DNA of 64,000 nucleotides, from the NCBI GenBank assembly GCA_030690305.1, contig JAUYHB010000006.1, positions 84,574-148,573 of the forward strand. Reading direction: 5' to 3'. Origin of the DNA: a bacterium (GTDB lineage: Bacteria > Patescibacteriota > Minisyncoccia > Phycocordibacterales > JAGLPS01). The first letter of the stretch is position 1. The number at the start of each line of letters is the position of its first letter. Shown here in pieces: positions 28,244-37,896 of the stretch. The notes beneath the pieces were generated by a model. The model did no database searches and was not told where the DNA came from. It worked only from the letters and a program-made list of their open reading frames with translations. Made by a program: the position numbers and the translations under genes.

Positions 28244-28783
28244 ATGAAAGAAACAAAAACAGCGGTATTTGGAGGAGGGTGCTTCTGGTGCACCGAGGCC
28301 ATATTTAAAATGCTCAACGGTATTGTTTCCGTCGCGCCGGGATACGCGGGCGGAGAAAAAGAAAATCCGACATACGACGAGGTATGTGGCGGAACAACAG
28401 GACATGCGGAAGTGATTCGGATTGAATATGACTCCGAGAAAATTTCTTTCAGAAATCTTTTAACCGTCTTTTTTGCGACTCACGACCCGACAACACGAAA
28501 TCGGCAAGGTAACGATGTGGGTACACAGTACCGTTCAATCATTCTGTATACCGATGAAAACCAGAAAAAAGAGGCGGAAACGTTTATCAGAGAATTGAAT
28601 GATTCAAGCGAAGACGGAAAACCGATAGTAACCGAGATACGGCCTTTGACTAAATTCTTTGAGGCGGAAAATTACCATAAAGATTATTTTGCGCGAAATA
28701 AGGAAAATCCGTATTGCGAATTGGTAATCAATCCCAAACTTGAAAAAGTACAGAAAGAATTTGCACAATTGTTAAATGGCTAA
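28244..28783 (+). CDS. msrA: Peptide-methionine (S)-S-oxide reductase MsrA
   Basis: GCFWC active-site motif and full-length PMSR fold. Confidence 0.9.
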   Translation: MKETKTAVFGGGCFWCTEAIFKMLNGIVSVAPGYAGGEKENPTYDEVCGGTTGHAEVIRIEYDSEKISFRNLLTVFFATHDPTTRNRQGNDVGTQYRSIILYTDENQKKEAETFIRELNDSSEDGKPIVTEIRPLTKFFEAENYHKDYFARNKENPYCELVINPKLEKVQKEFAQLLNG

Positions 28784-28787
28784 AAAA

Positions 28788-28822
28788 TAAAATCGCTTGA
28801 CAGCGGTTTTATTTTTTTTTCG
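28788..28822. terminator. Terminator between convergent msrA and pyrG
   Basis: Short stem ATCGCT-tgac-AGCGGT followed by a long T tract. Confidence 0.45.
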
Positions 28823-30458
28823 CCGCGAGAGCGGCTTCAATAAATTCCGTAAATAGAGGGTGAGGACTTAAAGGGCGCGCCTGGAATTCCGGGTGAAATT
28901 GTGTTCCAAGAAAAAACGGGTGTTTATTTTTTGGCAGTTCGGCAATTTCCATCAAGACGCCATCCGGGGACGCTCCGGAAAATACAAGACCGGCATCGGA
29001 AAACTTTTTTACATACTCAGGATTGACTTCATAGCGGTGTCTGTGCCGTTCGGAAATCTCCCCTCTTCCGTAGGCATCATATGCTATCGTTCCCTTCTTC
29101 AGAATTGCAGGGTACGCGCCAAGACGCATGGTTGCCCCATAGTTTCCATTTGCCATATGTGCTTTTTGTTCGGGCATAATATCTATTACAGGATGCTCCG
29201 TTTTTTCATCAATTTCAGTCGTGTGCGCCTTTTTGAGTCCCAACACATTGCGCGCGTACTCAACGACGGAAAGTTGCATACCGTAACAGAGACCAAGATA
29301 CGGGATTTTATTTTCGCGAGCGTATTGAATGATATTGATTTTCCCCTCAACGCCCGTTGAACCGAAACCTCCGGGAACGATAATGCCGTCAAATTTTGAA
29401 AGAGCCTTTAGGGATGTTTTACTTTTTTCATAGTCTTTTGAACTGATCCATGTAAGCGTCGGTTTGACGGAAAGATTAAATGAAGAAAACTTTATCGCCT
29501 CAATCACCGAAATATATGCGTCGGAAAGCACAAAATCACCCGTGTCAAAATATTTTCCCGCAACGGCAATATTAAGCTCATGTTTTGCAGACTTCATTCG
29601 TTCAACAAAACTGCGCCATTCGCTCATGCCGTTGTCGTTTTTCGGACGTAATCTTAGAATTTTGAGTATTTTTTGACTTATTTTATCGCGTTCAAAATTG
29701 AGCGGCACATCGTAAATACTTTCGATATCGGGAGCGGAAATGACGTTCCCCGCCTGAATATTGCACGCAATACAAATTTTTTCCTTCCGTTTCTCATCAA
29801 GCGGCACCTCACTTCTCGCGATGATTATGTCCGGTTGCACTCCGTACGAATTAAGCATCCGCACGGCATTTTGCGTCGGCCGCGTTTTCATCTCCCCTAT
29901 CTTGCTCGGGATGGGAAGAAACGAGACGAGGATAAACATCACATCAGTCGGATGTTTGAGTTTCAATACACGCGCCGCCTCAATAAACATAATGTTCTGA
30001 TAGTCGCCAACCGTTCCCCCAAGTTCAATCAATGTAATATCGGAATTGTTCATTTCCGCCGCCTTTTGAATACGACGCGTGATTTCTTCGGTAATGTGTG
30101 GAATAGCTTCGACGCACTTTCCTTTGTATCCGAGGTTACGCTCGCGTTCAATCACGTGCTTATAGACCATGCCGCTCGTAATATAATCCTCGGAGCGCAG
30201 CGAGAGTCCCATAAAGCGCTCGTAGTTGCCCATATCCTGGTCGGATTCCATTCCGGAATTCAAAACAAACACCTCACCGTGTTCGGTGGGGTTCATCGTC
30301 CCCGCGTCAACATTTAAATACGGGTCGACTTTAATGGGGTTTACCGCAAACCCTTTTGCCTGAAGAATTTTACCGATAGAAGAAGATGCGATTCCCTTGC
30401 CGACTCCCGACATCACTCCCCCGATTACGAATATATACTTGTGTTTTTTCTGTGCCAC
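28809..30458 (-). CDS. pyrG: CTP synthase
   Basis: N-terminal synthetase domain (GGVMSGVGKGIASSS) and C-terminal GATase with a conserved Cys/His triad. Confidence 0.95.
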   Translation of the reverse strand: MAQKKHKYIFVIGGVMSGVGKGIASSSIGKILQAKGFAVNPIKVDPYLNVDAGTMNPTEHGEVFVLNSGMESDQDMGNYERFMGLSLRSEDYITSGMVYKHVIERERNLGYKGKCVEAIPHITEEITRRIQKAAEMNNSDITLIELGGTVGDYQNIMFIEAARVLKLKHPTDVMFILVSFLPIPSKIGEMKTRPTQNAVRMLNSYGVQPDIIIARSEVPLDEKRKEKICIACNIQAGNVISAPDIESIYDVPLNFERDKISQKILKILRLRPKNDNGMSEWRSFVERMKSAKHELNIAVAGKYFDTGDFVLSDAYISVIEAIKFSSFNLSVKPTLTWISSKDYEKSKTSLKALSKFDGIIVPGGFGSTGVEGKINIIQYARENKIPYLGLCYGMQLSVVEYARNVLGLKKAHTTEIDEKTEHPVIDIMPEQKAHMANGNYGATMRLGAYPAILKKGTIAYDAYGRGEISERHRHRYEVNPEYVKKFSDAGLVFSGASPDGVLMEIAELPKNKHPFFLGTQFHPEFQARPLSPHPLFTEFIEAALAAKKK

Positions 30459-30492
30459 GGCGTAATGTGTGAAAACGGATGTCCCGCGTCCT

Positions 30493-31419
30493 TTATTTGT
30501 TTAAATACCTCATGACCGCCAGATAACTTGATAGCGCACCAATGACAATTCCCGATGTAACAATGACTAAAAACATCTGCCCGAAGTTGCTCAAGTAATA
30601 CTCAAATACGTTAAGCCCAATAAAGAATCCCGCGGTTATGTCTCCGAGCCAAAACGTAATCGGGTAAAAAAGAATAAGGGTAATAATGGCGGCGACAAAT
30701 CCGTATATTATTCCGCCTACCACAAACGGGCCGCGCACGTATGAACCGCTTGCCCCCACAAGCCGCATAACACCTATCTCCTCTCTTGAGATGTAAATAA
30801 CAAGGCGTATCGTGTTGAACGTGATGAGAACGGAAATAATGACAAGCACGATAGTAAGGACAAATCCCAATTTATCGGCAGAATTGATAATCTTTGTCAG
30901 TCTATCGATTGCGGCCTTATTTTGGAAATAATTTATTTTGTCCACAATCGGTGAACCCTCTTTTGAGAGTATGTTGTCTCCCTCAAGGAATTTCGCGACC
31001 CCTTCATACTGGGAAGGTTCCGAGGCGCGAATATTAAGCACCGCCCCTAAAGGATTGTCCGTTAGTTCTTCGAGCGCCTGAATGGTAAATTGGTCGTCTT
31101 TGTGCCGTTCTTTGAAATCCTCAAGCGCCTGCTCGCGGGACACATATGTAACTTCGTTTACTTCCGGAAGCGTTTCGAGACGCGCCTTAATCGACAAAAT
31201 GTCGTCTTCAGCGGCGGAAGTTACGAAATATACGTTGACATCCACCTTATTCCTGATTTCGGTAAGGGTTGAATCGAGAATCGCTCCGAGAAAGATGATG
31301 GAGCCGATAACGGAAAGTGTGACCACCATAATCAAAACCGAGGAAAGCGACACGAAACCGTTTCTCCAAAAACTGAAGAATCCCGATTTAAGTATTCTTT
31401 TTGTTGTAGTTAAAAACAT
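30493..31419 (-). CDS. ftsX: Cell division permease-like protein FtsX
   Basis: FtsX topology (TM1, periplasmic loop, TM2-4) directly downstream of ftsE. Confidence 0.8.
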   Translation of the reverse strand: MFLTTTKRILKSGFFSFWRNGFVSLSSVLIMVVTLSVIGSIIFLGAILDSTLTEIRNKVDVNVYFVTSAAEDDILSIKARLETLPEVNEVTYVSREQALEDFKERHKDDQFTIQALEELTDNPLGAVLNIRASEPSQYEGVAKFLEGDNILSKEGSPIVDKINYFQNKAAIDRLTKIINSADKLGFVLTIVLVIISVLITFNTIRLVIYISREEIGVMRLVGASGSYVRGPFVVGGIIYGFVAAIITLILFYPITFWLGDITAGFFIGLNVFEYYLSNFGQMFLVIVTSGIVIGALSSYLAVMRYLNK

Positions 31420-31422
31420 GGT

Positions 31423-32103
31423 TTAAAGTGTATATCTTCCCGACGGGTCATCGCGGATTATTTTCCCCGCCTCCATAGTAATGACGCGTTTCCCGATGGA
31501 ATCGACGACTCCCTTGTTGTGCGTCGTAAGAATTACGGTTGTGCCCAAGTCGTTTATTTTTTTAAGCAATTGAATAATATCGTACGTATTTATGGGGTCG
31601 AGGTTTCCCGTCGGCTCATCGGCAACAATTACATCAGGCTGATTGACGATAGCACGCGCAATCGCCACTCGTTGTTTTTCCCCGCCGGAAAGTTCGCGCG
31701 GAAAACTCCACACTTTCTTTCCAAGGTCAACAAGTTCCAGAACATGCGGAACGTCGGACTCTATATCTACGTCATCTTTGCCCGACGCCTCCATGGCAAA
31801 CGCGATGTTTTCGTAAACGGTTTTGTCCGGCAAAAGTTTAAAGTCTTGAAAAACAGTTCCGATGCGGCGGCGCAGTTGCGTCATTTCATCACCGCGGAGC
31901 GCGTGAATGTCGGTCGATTCAAAGAAAACTTTTCCGTCACTGGGATGTTCTTCGGCCAAAAGAAGCTTGATGAGAGTAGTTTTACCGGCACCAGAGTGGC
32001 CGACTATCGACAAAAATTCTTTGGGCTCAACAGAGAGCGTCACTCCACTCAGTGCGACGGAATCGTCCGTGTAAACCTTTGAAACTTTATCGAAATAAAT
32101 CAT
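31423..32103 (-). CDS. ftsE: Cell division ATP-binding protein FtsE
   Basis: ABC ATPase with Walker A GHSGAGKTT, LSGGEKQR and a Walker B DEPT. Confidence 0.9.
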   Translation of the reverse strand: MIYFDKVSKVYTDDSVALSGVTLSVEPKEFLSIVGHSGAGKTTLIKLLLAEEHPSDGKVFFESTDIHALRGDEMTQLRRRIGTVFQDFKLLPDKTVYENIAFAMEASGKDDVDIESDVPHVLELVDLGKKVWSFPRELSGGEKQRVAIARAIVNQPDVIVADEPTGNLDPINTYDIIQLLKKINDLGTTVILTTHNKGVVDSIGKRVITMEAGKIIRDDPSGRYTL

Positions 32104-32154
32104 AACTATCCTATAAGTATATAGGTATCGGCTACCCTTTTCAAATGTGGCGAT

Positions 32155-33030
32155 TTAGAGCCCTTTTTCAGCCTCTATGAACTCGTCGAGGTCCCCTTCA
32201 AGCACCCTGTCAATGTCACGTATTTCAACTTCGGTACGGTGGTCTTTAATCATTTTATACGGATGCAGCACATAAGAGCGTATTTGGTTGCCCCATTCAA
32301 TTTCCGTCGTCTTGCTTATGTACATTCCTTCCTGTTCCACCATTCTTTTTTCTTCAAGCGCCTTAAAAATCTTTCCTTTTAAAATTACCAGAGCTTTTTC
32401 ACGGTTTTGAGCCTGACTGCGTTCCGATTCTACGTGAACGGAAAGTTTCGTTGGAATATGCACGACACGAACCGCCGTTTCCCGCTTGTTTACGTTCTGT
32501 CCTCCAGGCCCGCTTGAACGTGTGAACTCAACGGACAATTGGTCTTCGGGAATTTCAATTTCTCCTGTCTTATCGAACTTGGGAATCACTTCAACAAGAG
32601 CAAATGACGTGTGACGTAGTTTTTTTGCGTTAAAAGGAGAAATGCGTACAAGGCGGTGCACACCGGATTCATTTTTAAGTGTGCCGTACACACCCTTGCC
32701 GTTTATTTCAATCGTAATATTCCGGTATCCTCCGTGGTCATTTTCATTGCTGTGTAAAATTGTGTACGTCCATCCGCTTTTCCCGATAAATTTTTCATAC
32801 ATTGAAAGAAGAATACGCGCAAAATCCTCTGCATCGTCTCCTCCCGCACCGGCAAACAAGGAGAGTATTGCGTCCCCTTTGTCATATTTGCCTATGCCCG
32901 CCTGTTCGTCTTTGAGACGTTGAACTTCTTTGATAATCGCCTGCGCGCGCGTTTTATCGCTCCAAAATTCGGGAGATGTCATTTGCTCTTCAAGTTCTTT
33001 GATTTTCTGCTGGGCTTCTTCGGTAGTCAT
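32155..33030 (-). CDS. prfB: Peptide chain release factor 2 (short N-terminus, no frameshift site found)
   Basis: SPF tripeptide (RISPFNAKK), GGQ motif (GPGGQNVNKRETAV) and RF2 domain order. Start set at MTTEEAQQ. The upstream in-frame extension runs into a terminator hairpin. Confidence 0.8.
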   Translation of the reverse strand: MTTEEAQQKIKELEEQMTSPEFWSDKTRAQAIIKEVQRLKDEQAGIGKYDKGDAILSLFAGAGGDDAEDFARILLSMYEKFIGKSGWTYTILHSNENDHGGYRNITIEINGKGVYGTLKNESGVHRLVRISPFNAKKLRHTSFALVEVIPKFDKTGEIEIPEDQLSVEFTRSSGPGGQNVNKRETAVRVVHIPTKLSVHVESERSQAQNREKALVILKGKIFKALEEKRMVEQEGMYISKTTEIEWGNQIRSYVLHPYKMIKDHRTEVEIRDIDRVLEGDLDEFIEAEKGL

Positions 33031-33077
33031 ATGCGATAACTCTAGCAAAAATGCCCTATCCTTGCCATGTAAAAGAA

Positions 33078-33106
33078 AAAGGCAAGAAATCATATTTCTT
33101 GCCTTT
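33078..33106 (-). terminator. Rho-independent terminator of the lipoprotein gene (its loop contains the artefactual ATG of the extended prfB ORF)
   Basis: 13-bp perfect stem AAAGGCAAGAAAT/ATTTCTTGCCTTT with loop CAT, followed on the minus strand by TTCTTTT. Confidence 0.65.
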
Positions 33107-33115
33107 GAAGCAAAA

Positions 33116-33373
33116 TTATTTGTCCTTGGAAATCCAGGTACCTGAAATGATGATTTCTTTCCTTTTGTTTTTTAAAACAACTGTTGAACCTTGGATAGAA
33201 AGCGCATAGTGCCCTTCCCATTTATCAATGACGCTCCCGTCGGCCGCGTATGCAATGACTTCGCGGTCTTTGGCAGGAGAGGTAAAGCCGTTTACTTCAC
33301 GCCCTGTTGATTCTTCGGTGCAACCTGCCAGTAATACCATAAAACATGTGAGTAAAATGAGTTTGCCTTTCAT
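33116..33373 (-). CDS. Small lipoprotein (lipobox LLAGC)
   Basis: Signal peptide with a lipobox. 85 aa. Confidence 0.5.
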   Translation of the reverse strand: MKGKLILLTCFMVLLAGCTEESTGREVNGFTSPAKDREVIAYAADGSVIDKWEGHYALSIQGSTVVLKNKRKEIIISGTWISKDK

Positions 33374-33447
33374 TCCGCCCCCTTTCCCCTCCTTTGTTTG
33401 TACAAGTTCCCGATTAAGACACTACCAGAAAAAGGTGAATAATCAAG

Positions 33448-34131
33448 TTATGCCTCTTGCGTGATATCGCGGTGAAACCACCACCCGCCGATAAAGAGTG
33501 CAAGATAAACGACAACGGATGCTCCAATGACAAATACCAGATTGCCGCTCACGAGAGCATTGCCAAACAAGATACCGATTGTCGTCCCGGGCGTGTGAAG
33601 CGCCATCATGGAAACAAGGAAAAGGGGAAAAGAAATTTTTGTGAGCCCTGCCGCATAGGCAAAAATTTCCGGAAGTCCCGCAAACGCAAGACGGGCTTTG
33701 AAAAATGTCGAAGGTTTCGCACTTCGTGCAAGTATTTTTTCAAAAAAAGGTATCTGGGCTTTCGGTATAAAAAACGTGACGATTGAACGTCCGAAAAAAC
33801 GACTCAGGTAAAATGCGACGGAAAACCCGAGAACATCCCCGATGAACGTAAACAAAAGGCCTTTCCAAAAACCGAAAGCCACGCCGGCAATGGCGTAAAT
33901 GGGACCACCTCCAAGCGGCACGACAATTATCGTCGTCATCTTGAGAACAATAACGGCAAGCGGGGCCCAAATTCCTGCGGTTTTGACGATTTCCCCAAGA
34001 CGGTCAATGCCAATCACAATCGTAATCCAGTAGGCACAGCCGATGGTGATAAAGAAAAAAATTATATTTTTTAAAGCGTCGCGAAGCGACGCTTTCTCTC
34101 CTTCCCCATTTTCGGACACAGGTGTTTCCAT
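33448..34131 (-). CDS. TVP38/TMEM64 (DedA-related) family membrane protein
   Basis: Multi-TM protein with the G-rich re-entrant motif region (VVPLGGGPIYAIAGVAFGFWKG). Confidence 0.65.
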   Translation of the reverse strand: METPVSENGEGEKASLRDALKNIIFFFITIGCAYWITIVIGIDRLGEIVKTAGIWAPLAVIVLKMTTIIVVPLGGGPIYAIAGVAFGFWKGLLFTFIGDVLGFSVAFYLSRFFGRSIVTFFIPKAQIPFFEKILARSAKPSTFFKARLAFAGLPEIFAYAAGLTKISFPLFLVSMMALHTPGTTIGILFGNALVSGNLVFVIGASVVVYLALFIGGWWFHRDITQEA

Positions 34132-34134
34132 TTT

Positions 34135-34210
34135 TGGAGCCGCCTCCGAGAGTTGAACTCGGGACCTACACGTTACGAATGTGTTGCTCTACCAACTGAG
34201 CTAAGGCGGC
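34135..34210 (-). tRNA. tRNA-Thr (anticodon CGT)
   Basis: Minus-strand cloverleaf GCCGCCTTAGCTCAGTTGGTAGAGC...TTCGTAA...GGTCCCGAGTTCAACTCTCGGAGGCGGCTCCA with an A31-C39 mismatch. Confidence 0.75.
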
Positions 34211-34217
34211 GTGTATT

Positions 34218-34357
34218 CTTCTGCTATCTGCTAAAACCAACTACAGTATTACGTTTCTTTGTTATCAGCCAAAACAGCTAAAGCGGCGTATATCCTTCTG
34301 CTACCTGCTAAACCAAGTACAGTATTACATTTTTTATTATCAGCCAAAACAGCTAAA
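34218..34357. repeat. Tandem duplication (2 x about 65 nt) in the spacer between the two tRNA-Thr genes, with promoter-like TTGGCT...TAATACT in each copy (minus-strand sense)
   Basis: Near-identical direct repeats ...TATCAGCCAAAACAGCTAAAGCGG... twice. Each carries -35/-10-like hexamers oriented toward tRNA-Thr(CGT). Confidence 0.55.
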
Positions 34358-34375
34358 GCGGTTTATTTTTTGTAC

Positions 34376-34451
34376 TGGAGCCGTTGGTCGGATTTGAACC
34401 GACGACCTACTCCTTACCATGGAGTTGCTCTACCAACTGAGCTACAACGGC
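34376..34451 (-). tRNA. tRNA-Thr (anticodon GGT)
   Basis: Minus-strand cloverleaf GCCGTTGTAGCTCAGTTGGTAGAGCAACTCCATGGTAAGGAGT...GGTTCAAATCCGACCAACGGCTCCA. Confidence 0.85.
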
Positions 34452-34580
34452 AAATGAGGAGCAAAGAGGGGGCGTTTACGACCGCTCTTTCTCCGAATGC
34501 CACCGTTGCAAGCTTTGCTTACAACGAGCGAAACGTAAGCCTGCATATTAGTATATCAGGCAAGTTTTTTCAAACCGTTT

Positions 34581-36488
34581 TTAATCCAAACCCTGTCTAA
34601 TAAGGTTAAGTTTTTCTATCATGGACAATGAAGCATCCCCGTTAACCACCTGTTTTTTTGAATAGAAATTAAGAAGTTCAACACTGCCTTTTATATGAGC
34701 CTTGATTAGTCCTTCAAGAATTTTTATCCTTCGTTTAATTTGTTTCGTCGGCTTGGTTTCATACTTATCTAGAAGTCCATTGAGTTCTTTTATTTCCGCT
34801 TTCAGGACATTGAAGCTTATAAGCAATGTTTTTTTCACAAGAAATCCCTTAATAAGACCATCTGTGTAATACTGCTCGACATCAGAAATAAGTTCGTCTA
34901 TAAGTTCAAGTGCGGTCTTATCTTCTTCAATCGGCAAAGGATCGCTTACTTGGGTTGGATTGTCTTCACTTGAAGAAGTGAGAGTAATGGAATAGCCAAT
35001 TTTTTCTCCCGAAGAAATCGTTCCTCCTTTAACAACGCTATTGTCACTGTTTTCATCAACATAAGAAACAACCATATGATACTCGCCGTCCCCTATCCCC
35101 GATAATTCGACTTTGTAATTTCCGTCTTCGGCGTCGGGAATCAAAATGAACTTTGGCCCCAGCGGGTCACTTGTGCCGTCATAAAATGCCTCGGGGACTT
35201 CAGTGACATCTTTGGTTATGATTTTTTCATCAGGTGCCGTAATTTTTACGTCCACAGGTGAAGCAAACCAAAAAGAAAGTATTTTGTCCGGCTCGTGGTA
35301 AGGCGAAAATTCAATGCCTGTCGGCTCAAAATCAAGACGCTCTAGGATAAGATTTATCGCCTGTGTTGGTAGTTCCTCATGGGCGACATTTTCTATCGTC
35401 CGTTGTCGAAAACAAGCCACACCATCACAGTCAAGTATCACTTGAGCAAATACAGGCTGTGTGAGAATAGCCAGTAATTTTTTAAACGGTGATTCCTCAT
35501 TCCATACAGGCGTCGGGTCGTATGGTTCAATATCGGAAATTTCAAAAAGTGAACTTTCAAGAAGCACCGTGTTGTCCCCCATTGCCGAATCTTGCACAGG
35601 TTTTTGTGGGTCAGGAATTCCATCTGCCCACAGTTTCGTTTCATTAGGTCCACGTAGAACGACAGGAATAAGAGATAGCGTATTGAGTCCCGCGCTTCCG
35701 ATATTGGTGATTTCTCTTACTCCCAAGAAAAGCGGTTCCAGTCCGTTCGGTGGTTCCCCGATATCAAGATTTGCCAAGAAATTGTTTTGTTCATACATTT
35801 CGGTTGGAAAAGTAAATATGCCGGTATTTTTATCCTGTATGTAGATGTATAGGGGAAGAAGTTCTTTTATGGAAGGTACGAAAGTATGAATTACGTCGTA
35901 TTTATCATTTACCGATTGGCTTATCACATTTAGGAACCCAAGGTAACCATTTAAGAGAGTTTTTTGGATTCTTGGCCAGTGGTCAGGTATCTGTGCACCT
36001 TCCCAAATAGTATATGCATCGGAAGAACCATAATTGGGTGTACCAAGCATGAAAAACTGGTCAACATCGTTACGGTAAAAATCACCCTGAATATATGAAC
36101 GGGCAACCAGTCCACCCATGCTGTGGGCAATGATGTCCACCTTTCCTGTCAAAGAATGTTCTAACGCTTTATCTATGGTAGGAATCAGATAATCTGTAAC
36201 CGAATTTGAATTATTTTTTCTCCAGTCATAAAAAGCAATGAATAAAGTCTGGTCCAGAACATACCCTTTTTCTTCCATGGCACGAATGAGATTGTCGTAA
36301 TTTTCTACATATGGGAAAAAGCCCCATTGTGTGTTGACTGTGCCATTTTCAAAAAAGACGTCGGGGTTCCATGAAGTACCAAGACCAGGAACTATGACTA
36401 TCGGTTCTAATTCAACTGATTGTCCCGAAACATGAACGGAAGAAAGTAAGACAAGAAGAAGAATGGACAGGGTTAAATTTTTTTTCAT
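34581..36488 (-). CDS. Secreted alpha/beta-hydrolase, lipase/LCAT/PGAP1-like, with C-terminal beta-rich and helical domains
   Basis: Signal peptide. GHSMGG nucleophile elbow preceded by IIAHSMGGLVARSY. About 300 aa of additional domains follow. Confidence 0.6.
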   Translation of the reverse strand: MKKNLTLSILLLVLLSSVHVSGQSVELEPIVIVPGLGTSWNPDVFFENGTVNTQWGFFPYVENYDNLIRAMEEKGYVLDQTLFIAFYDWRKNNSNSVTDYLIPTIDKALEHSLTGKVDIIAHSMGGLVARSYIQGDFYRNDVDQFFMLGTPNYGSSDAYTIWEGAQIPDHWPRIQKTLLNGYLGFLNVISQSVNDKYDVIHTFVPSIKELLPLYIYIQDKNTGIFTFPTEMYEQNNFLANLDIGEPPNGLEPLFLGVREITNIGSAGLNTLSLIPVVLRGPNETKLWADGIPDPQKPVQDSAMGDNTVLLESSLFEISDIEPYDPTPVWNEESPFKKLLAILTQPVFAQVILDCDGVACFRQRTIENVAHEELPTQAINLILERLDFEPTGIEFSPYHEPDKILSFWFASPVDVKITAPDEKIITKDVTEVPEAFYDGTSDPLGPKFILIPDAEDGNYKVELSGIGDGEYHMVVSYVDENSDNSVVKGGTISSGEKIGYSITLTSSSEDNPTQVSDPLPIEEDKTALELIDELISDVEQYYTDGLIKGFLVKKTLLISFNVLKAEIKELNGLLDKYETKPTKQIKRRIKILEGLIKAHIKGSVELLNFYSKKQVVNGDASLSMIEKLNLIRQGLD

Positions 36489-36491
36489 ATC

Positions 36492-36953
36492 TTAGAAATA
36501 TTTTATTAATTGGCCGAATGCCCACGGTACGAGAATATTCATAAATAACCAAATAATACCAAAAAACATGGCGACGGCTAAAGCGAGAGAAATAAATCCC
36601 CGCAAAACTGTGTAGCGGCCGTGTAGTCCCGAAACATAAAAAACCGAAAAAGGCCAAACAAGAAGAAGGGATTCCCCAGCGTACGTGTATCCGTCATCTA
36701 TAGCATTGGTAACATAAGTAAAACCCTCAAATCTTCCTAAATAACGAGAGATAACCTCTCCCAAAAGCAGGATACAAACGTAGTAAAATAAAAAAGAACT
36801 AACGTATGCCCCTAAAATGTGGTACCACCGTGTTGGACGAAAACGCTTGAGGGTGATGACAATAAACGGAAGCAGAATAAAAAACAGAGTAATGGCAAAA
36901 ACTATCCATTGAATAATTTCTGCAAATGCCGATCCTTGCCAAAAAGGTCTCAT
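36492..36953 (-). CDS. Hypothetical multi-TM membrane protein
   Basis: Four or five TM helices. Co-directional and contiguous with the lipase-like gene. Confidence 0.4.
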   Translation of the reverse strand: MRPFWQGSAFAEIIQWIVFAITLFFILLPFIVITLKRFRPTRWYHILGAYVSSFLFYYVCILLLGEVISRYLGRFEGFTYVTNAIDDGYTYAGESLLLVWPFSVFYVSGLHGRYTVLRGFISLALAVAMFFGIIWLFMNILVPWAFGQLIKYF

Positions 36954-36964
36954 GTCGTTTTTGA

Positions 36965-37423
36965 TTATATAAAATAACTAAGTATTAAAAGAATCATACT
37001 CATTATAAAAAAACGATAGTACGACGTCGGGAAAGGCCCGAACCAGTTTGGATGCCAAGGAATATTTTCTTTATTGAATTTCCCAAGTCCAAAATTCGGG
37101 TTGAGAACAAACCAGAGATAATCTTCAATAATCCAAAAGAGAAAATAGAGGGAGGCGATGCGCAATTCCCACGCAAATGACCACTCACCCGCTAGAAAGA
37201 AAGGAAAATGAAAAAAAGCATACACGGACGCAAACATCCAAGTATGAAAGCCGGTTAGGGGTGACTTACCCCAAAACAGCTTCATTGCCTTAAATTTTTT
37301 ACGCCACGTCGGCAGGTTCTCCGCCCAGCCGTGCCTACCCTCAATATTTATCTCCAACTTTGCGACGCAATACGCGACAATAGGAATGAACGCGAGCGCG
37401 CGAAGGAGAGTTTCGTCAATCAT
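36965..37423 (-). CDS. Hypothetical multi-TM membrane protein
   Basis: Trp/Phe-rich TM helices. Same operon. Confidence 0.4.
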   Translation of the reverse strand: MIDETLLRALAFIPIVAYCVAKLEINIEGRHGWAENLPTWRKKFKAMKLFWGKSPLTGFHTWMFASVYAFFHFPFFLAGEWSFAWELRIASLYFLFWIIEDYLWFVLNPNFGLGKFNKENIPWHPNWFGPFPTSYYRFFIMSMILLILSYFI

Positions 37424-37425
37424 GT

Positions 37426-37854
37426 TTATTCTTCCGAGTAAATTAACGTATTGGGATAGGAATTATGCCATGTCCCCCATTGCACCTCCACAGGCTTAAA
37501 CACTTCGCCCGTTTCCGCATGAGTCATAATAATTCCGCCGTTATACGCGGGAGAAGGCCCGATAATTACGGGTTCTCCGAGCAGAGTATCGTAGATAACG
37601 TCTTTATCCCTGAATGCGGACAGAGGATAGGCTTTTTGCACCCCCCCGATTGAAAATCCGTAGACCGTTTCTTCTGAAAGCACTCCGTCAATTTCTTTTT
37701 GTTCCGGAATGACGGTTTGGGATGCGTCCAACTCTTGAGAATCGTTCGGAGTATTTTTGAGTGCTTGCGGGAAAAAAGAAAGACCAAAAAGAATAAGGCC
37801 GAGAAAAACAAGAACCGTGATAAGCCGTATGAGATTTTCTTTTAGCTCGGTCAT
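37426..37854 (-). CDS. Membrane-anchored hypothetical protein
   Basis: One N-terminal TM helix then a soluble domain. Start trimmed to MTELKEN. Confidence 0.4.
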   Translation of the reverse strand: MTELKENLIRLITVLVFLGLILFGLSFFPQALKNTPNDSQELDASQTVIPEQKEIDGVLSEETVYGFSIGGVQKAYPLSAFRDKDVIYDTLLGEPVIIGPSPAYNGGIIMTHAETGEVFKPVEVQWGTWHNSYPNTLIYSEE

Positions 37855-37896
37855 TTTATCTAGTATAGCAAATGTGCACAAACCTTGTGCATACCC

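Noticed and set aside
29673-30317. Long plus-strand ORFs (214 aa, also 28893..29360 and 29761..30000) antisense to pyrG
   Set aside because: They are entirely embedded opposite a high-confidence conserved gene. Their composition is dictated by the sense strand, and they lack homology features.
33031-33093. N-terminal 21-codon extension of prfB (MISCLFLLHGKDRAFLLELSH)
   Set aside because: Its ATG is the loop of the 13-bp terminator hairpin of the upstream gene. A programmed-frameshift explanation was checked (no CTTTGAC-type site, no room for a frame-0 leader) and rejected.
34218-34357. Possible CRISPR-like repeat
   Set aside because: Only two long (about 65 nt) directly adjacent copies, no repeat-spacer periodicity and no cas genes. 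Interpreted as a tandem spacer duplication.
34259-34600. 113-aa ORF spanning the tRNA-Thr spacer
   Set aside because: It overlaps tRNA-Thr(GGT) on the opposite strand and is created by the tandem duplicated spacer. The repeated peptide (LSAKTAKA) is an artefact.
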